In this document: positions 55,750 to 56,603 of the stretch, piece after piece
Layout of the letters: each line of letters starts with the position of its first letter
Position numbering within the stretch: position 1 is the first letter of the stretch
Source: an uncultured Muribaculaceae bacterium
GTDB taxonomy: Bacteria; Bacillota_I; Bacilli_A; RF39; UBA660
Length of the DNA stretch: 56,603 bases
Direction of reading: 5' to 3'
Assembly: GCA_964523265.1 (NCBI GenBank)
Contig: CAZFXQ010000001.1
Location: forward strand, 1-56,603
Notes under the pieces: generated by a model
Databases searched by the model: none
The model's input: the letters and a program-made list of their open reading frames with translations, nothing else
What the model was told of the DNA's origin: nothing
Made by a program: the position numbers and the translations under genes

Positions 55750-56289
55750 ATGAAAAAAATTAAAATTGGTGATAATTTTGTAATACATTGTTATAAACAT
55801 GATGGAACAATTCACAGAAGTTGGGATGAAGCAGTGTTATTAGATACTCATAAAGATTATTTAGTATTTGGTAATCAAAAAGCAAAAGTAAATAATAGTG
55901 ATGGTAGAATTTGGTATACAAAAGAACCAGCAATAATTTATTATTATAAGAATAAGTGGTTTAACATAATATGTCAATTCAAAAAAAATGGTATTTATTA
56001 TTATTGTAATATAGCAAGTCCTACAATAATTGAAGGAAGAGTAATGAAATATATTGACTATGATCTCGATCTTAGAGTATTTCCTGATGGAAGTTATAAA
56101 ATATTGGATGAATCAGAATATGAGTATCATAAAAAAATAATGAATTATCCACAGGAGATTGACACAATTGTAAAAGAAGAGTTAAAAAATTTGATAAAAT
56201 TGTGTGAAGAAAAAAAGGGACCATTTAATTATGACAATGTAAAAAAAGATTATGATAAATACATGAAAATAATTAGTAATAAAATTTAA
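55750..56289 (+). CDS. DUF402-family protein (nucleoside tri/diphosphatase Ntdp-like)
   Basis: KHDGTIHRSWDEAVLL...WFNIICQF...YYCNIASP...IDYDLDLRVFPDGSYKILDE is typical of DUF402. Confidence 0.75.
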   Translation: MKKIKIGDNFVIHCYKHDGTIHRSWDEAVLLDTHKDYLVFGNQKAKVNNSDGRIWYTKEPAIIYYYKNKWFNIICQFKKNGIYYYCNIASPTIIEGRVMKYIDYDLDLRVFPDGSYKILDESEYEYHKKIMNYPQEIDTIVKEELKNLIKLCEEKKGPFNYDNVKKDYDKYMKIISNKI

Positions 56290-56388
56290 AAAGATGAATA
56301 AAATATATTGTATCACGTAAAAAAACATGTAAAAAAGCCTTACAAATTAACAAAATGGTCAAAAAATCAAAAAAAATCAAAAAAATTG

Positions 56389-56417
56389 TTGACACTTATG
56401 TTTTATTGTGGTATATT
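56389..56417 (+). promoter_or_regulatory. Consensus-like sigma-A promoter of the rRNA operon (TTGACA, 17 nt spacer, TATATT)
   Basis: TTGACA lies at 56389-56394 and TATATT at 56412-56417, about 130 nt upstream of the 16S 5' end. Confidence 0.55.
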
Positions 56418-56548
56418 TTTATTGCACTTGACGAAAAAGTGTAAAAAAACCTTTGTAAATCAAAGGAAAGAAATGATCTTTGAAAACTGAGCAAAACGTC
56501 AAGATTATTTGAGTAGCTAGGAAAAACGAACTAATAAATAAAAATATA

Positions 56549-56603
<55 letters not shown>

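Noticed and set aside
56308-56490. A 60-aa plus-strand ORF upstream of the 16S gene.
   Set aside because: It spans the rRNA promoter (TTGACA, 17 nt spacer, TATATT) and the leader. The product is Lys-rich and low-complexity, and there is no RBS.

Overview
This is a strongly AT-rich chromosome segment from a Bacillota (Firmicutes) genome, judged by eye because no statistics were computed. Almost all of it is core housekeeping sequence.

Gene content in order:
- Origin-proximal-type genes: ychF (3' end), rpsF-ssb-rpsR, rplI-dnaB, an M23 peptidase, a YycJ-like MBL hydrolase, rlmH and ung.
- A mixed block: LemA-like, gerQ, pduL, dus, a large membrane protein with an embedded TM2 domain, a clpC-like gene, cysS, clpP, a TGS/uridine-kinase-like gene, gap, a surface Ig-repeat protein, pgk, a flippase-like protein plus GT4 glycosyltransferase pair, spo0A and a BI-1 family protein.
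- Three uncharacterised genes at 27.5-30 kb.
- The complete S10-spc-alpha ribosomal cluster (rpsJ to rplQ, 30.2-44.2 kb). It includes secY, adk, map, infA and an unlisted rpmJ, but has no rpmD.
- A 5.1 kb accessory insertion at 44.2-49.3 kb, followed by ecfA1-ecfA2-ecfT-truA.
- Several envelope genes and the first ~55 nt of a 16S rRNA gene.

spo0A and gerQ indicate an endospore-forming lineage. The gene order, missing L30 and 16S 5' end fit a low-GC Erysipelotrichia- or Clostridia-like organism. That placement is inference.

No CRISPR array, tRNA, transposase, integrase or recognisable defence or toxin system was seen.

The best candidate for something undescribed is the insertion between rplQ and ecfA1. 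It contains two tandem 2-TM paralogs, a translationally coupled prepilin-type gene plus a 699-aa secreted lipase-class-3-like hydrolase, and an SDR gene coupled to a second orphan prepilin. No pilus assembly genes are nearby. A tandem pair of uncharacterised paralogs at 27.5-29.0 kb ranks second.

All family assignments come from reading motifs in the translations. No searches were run.
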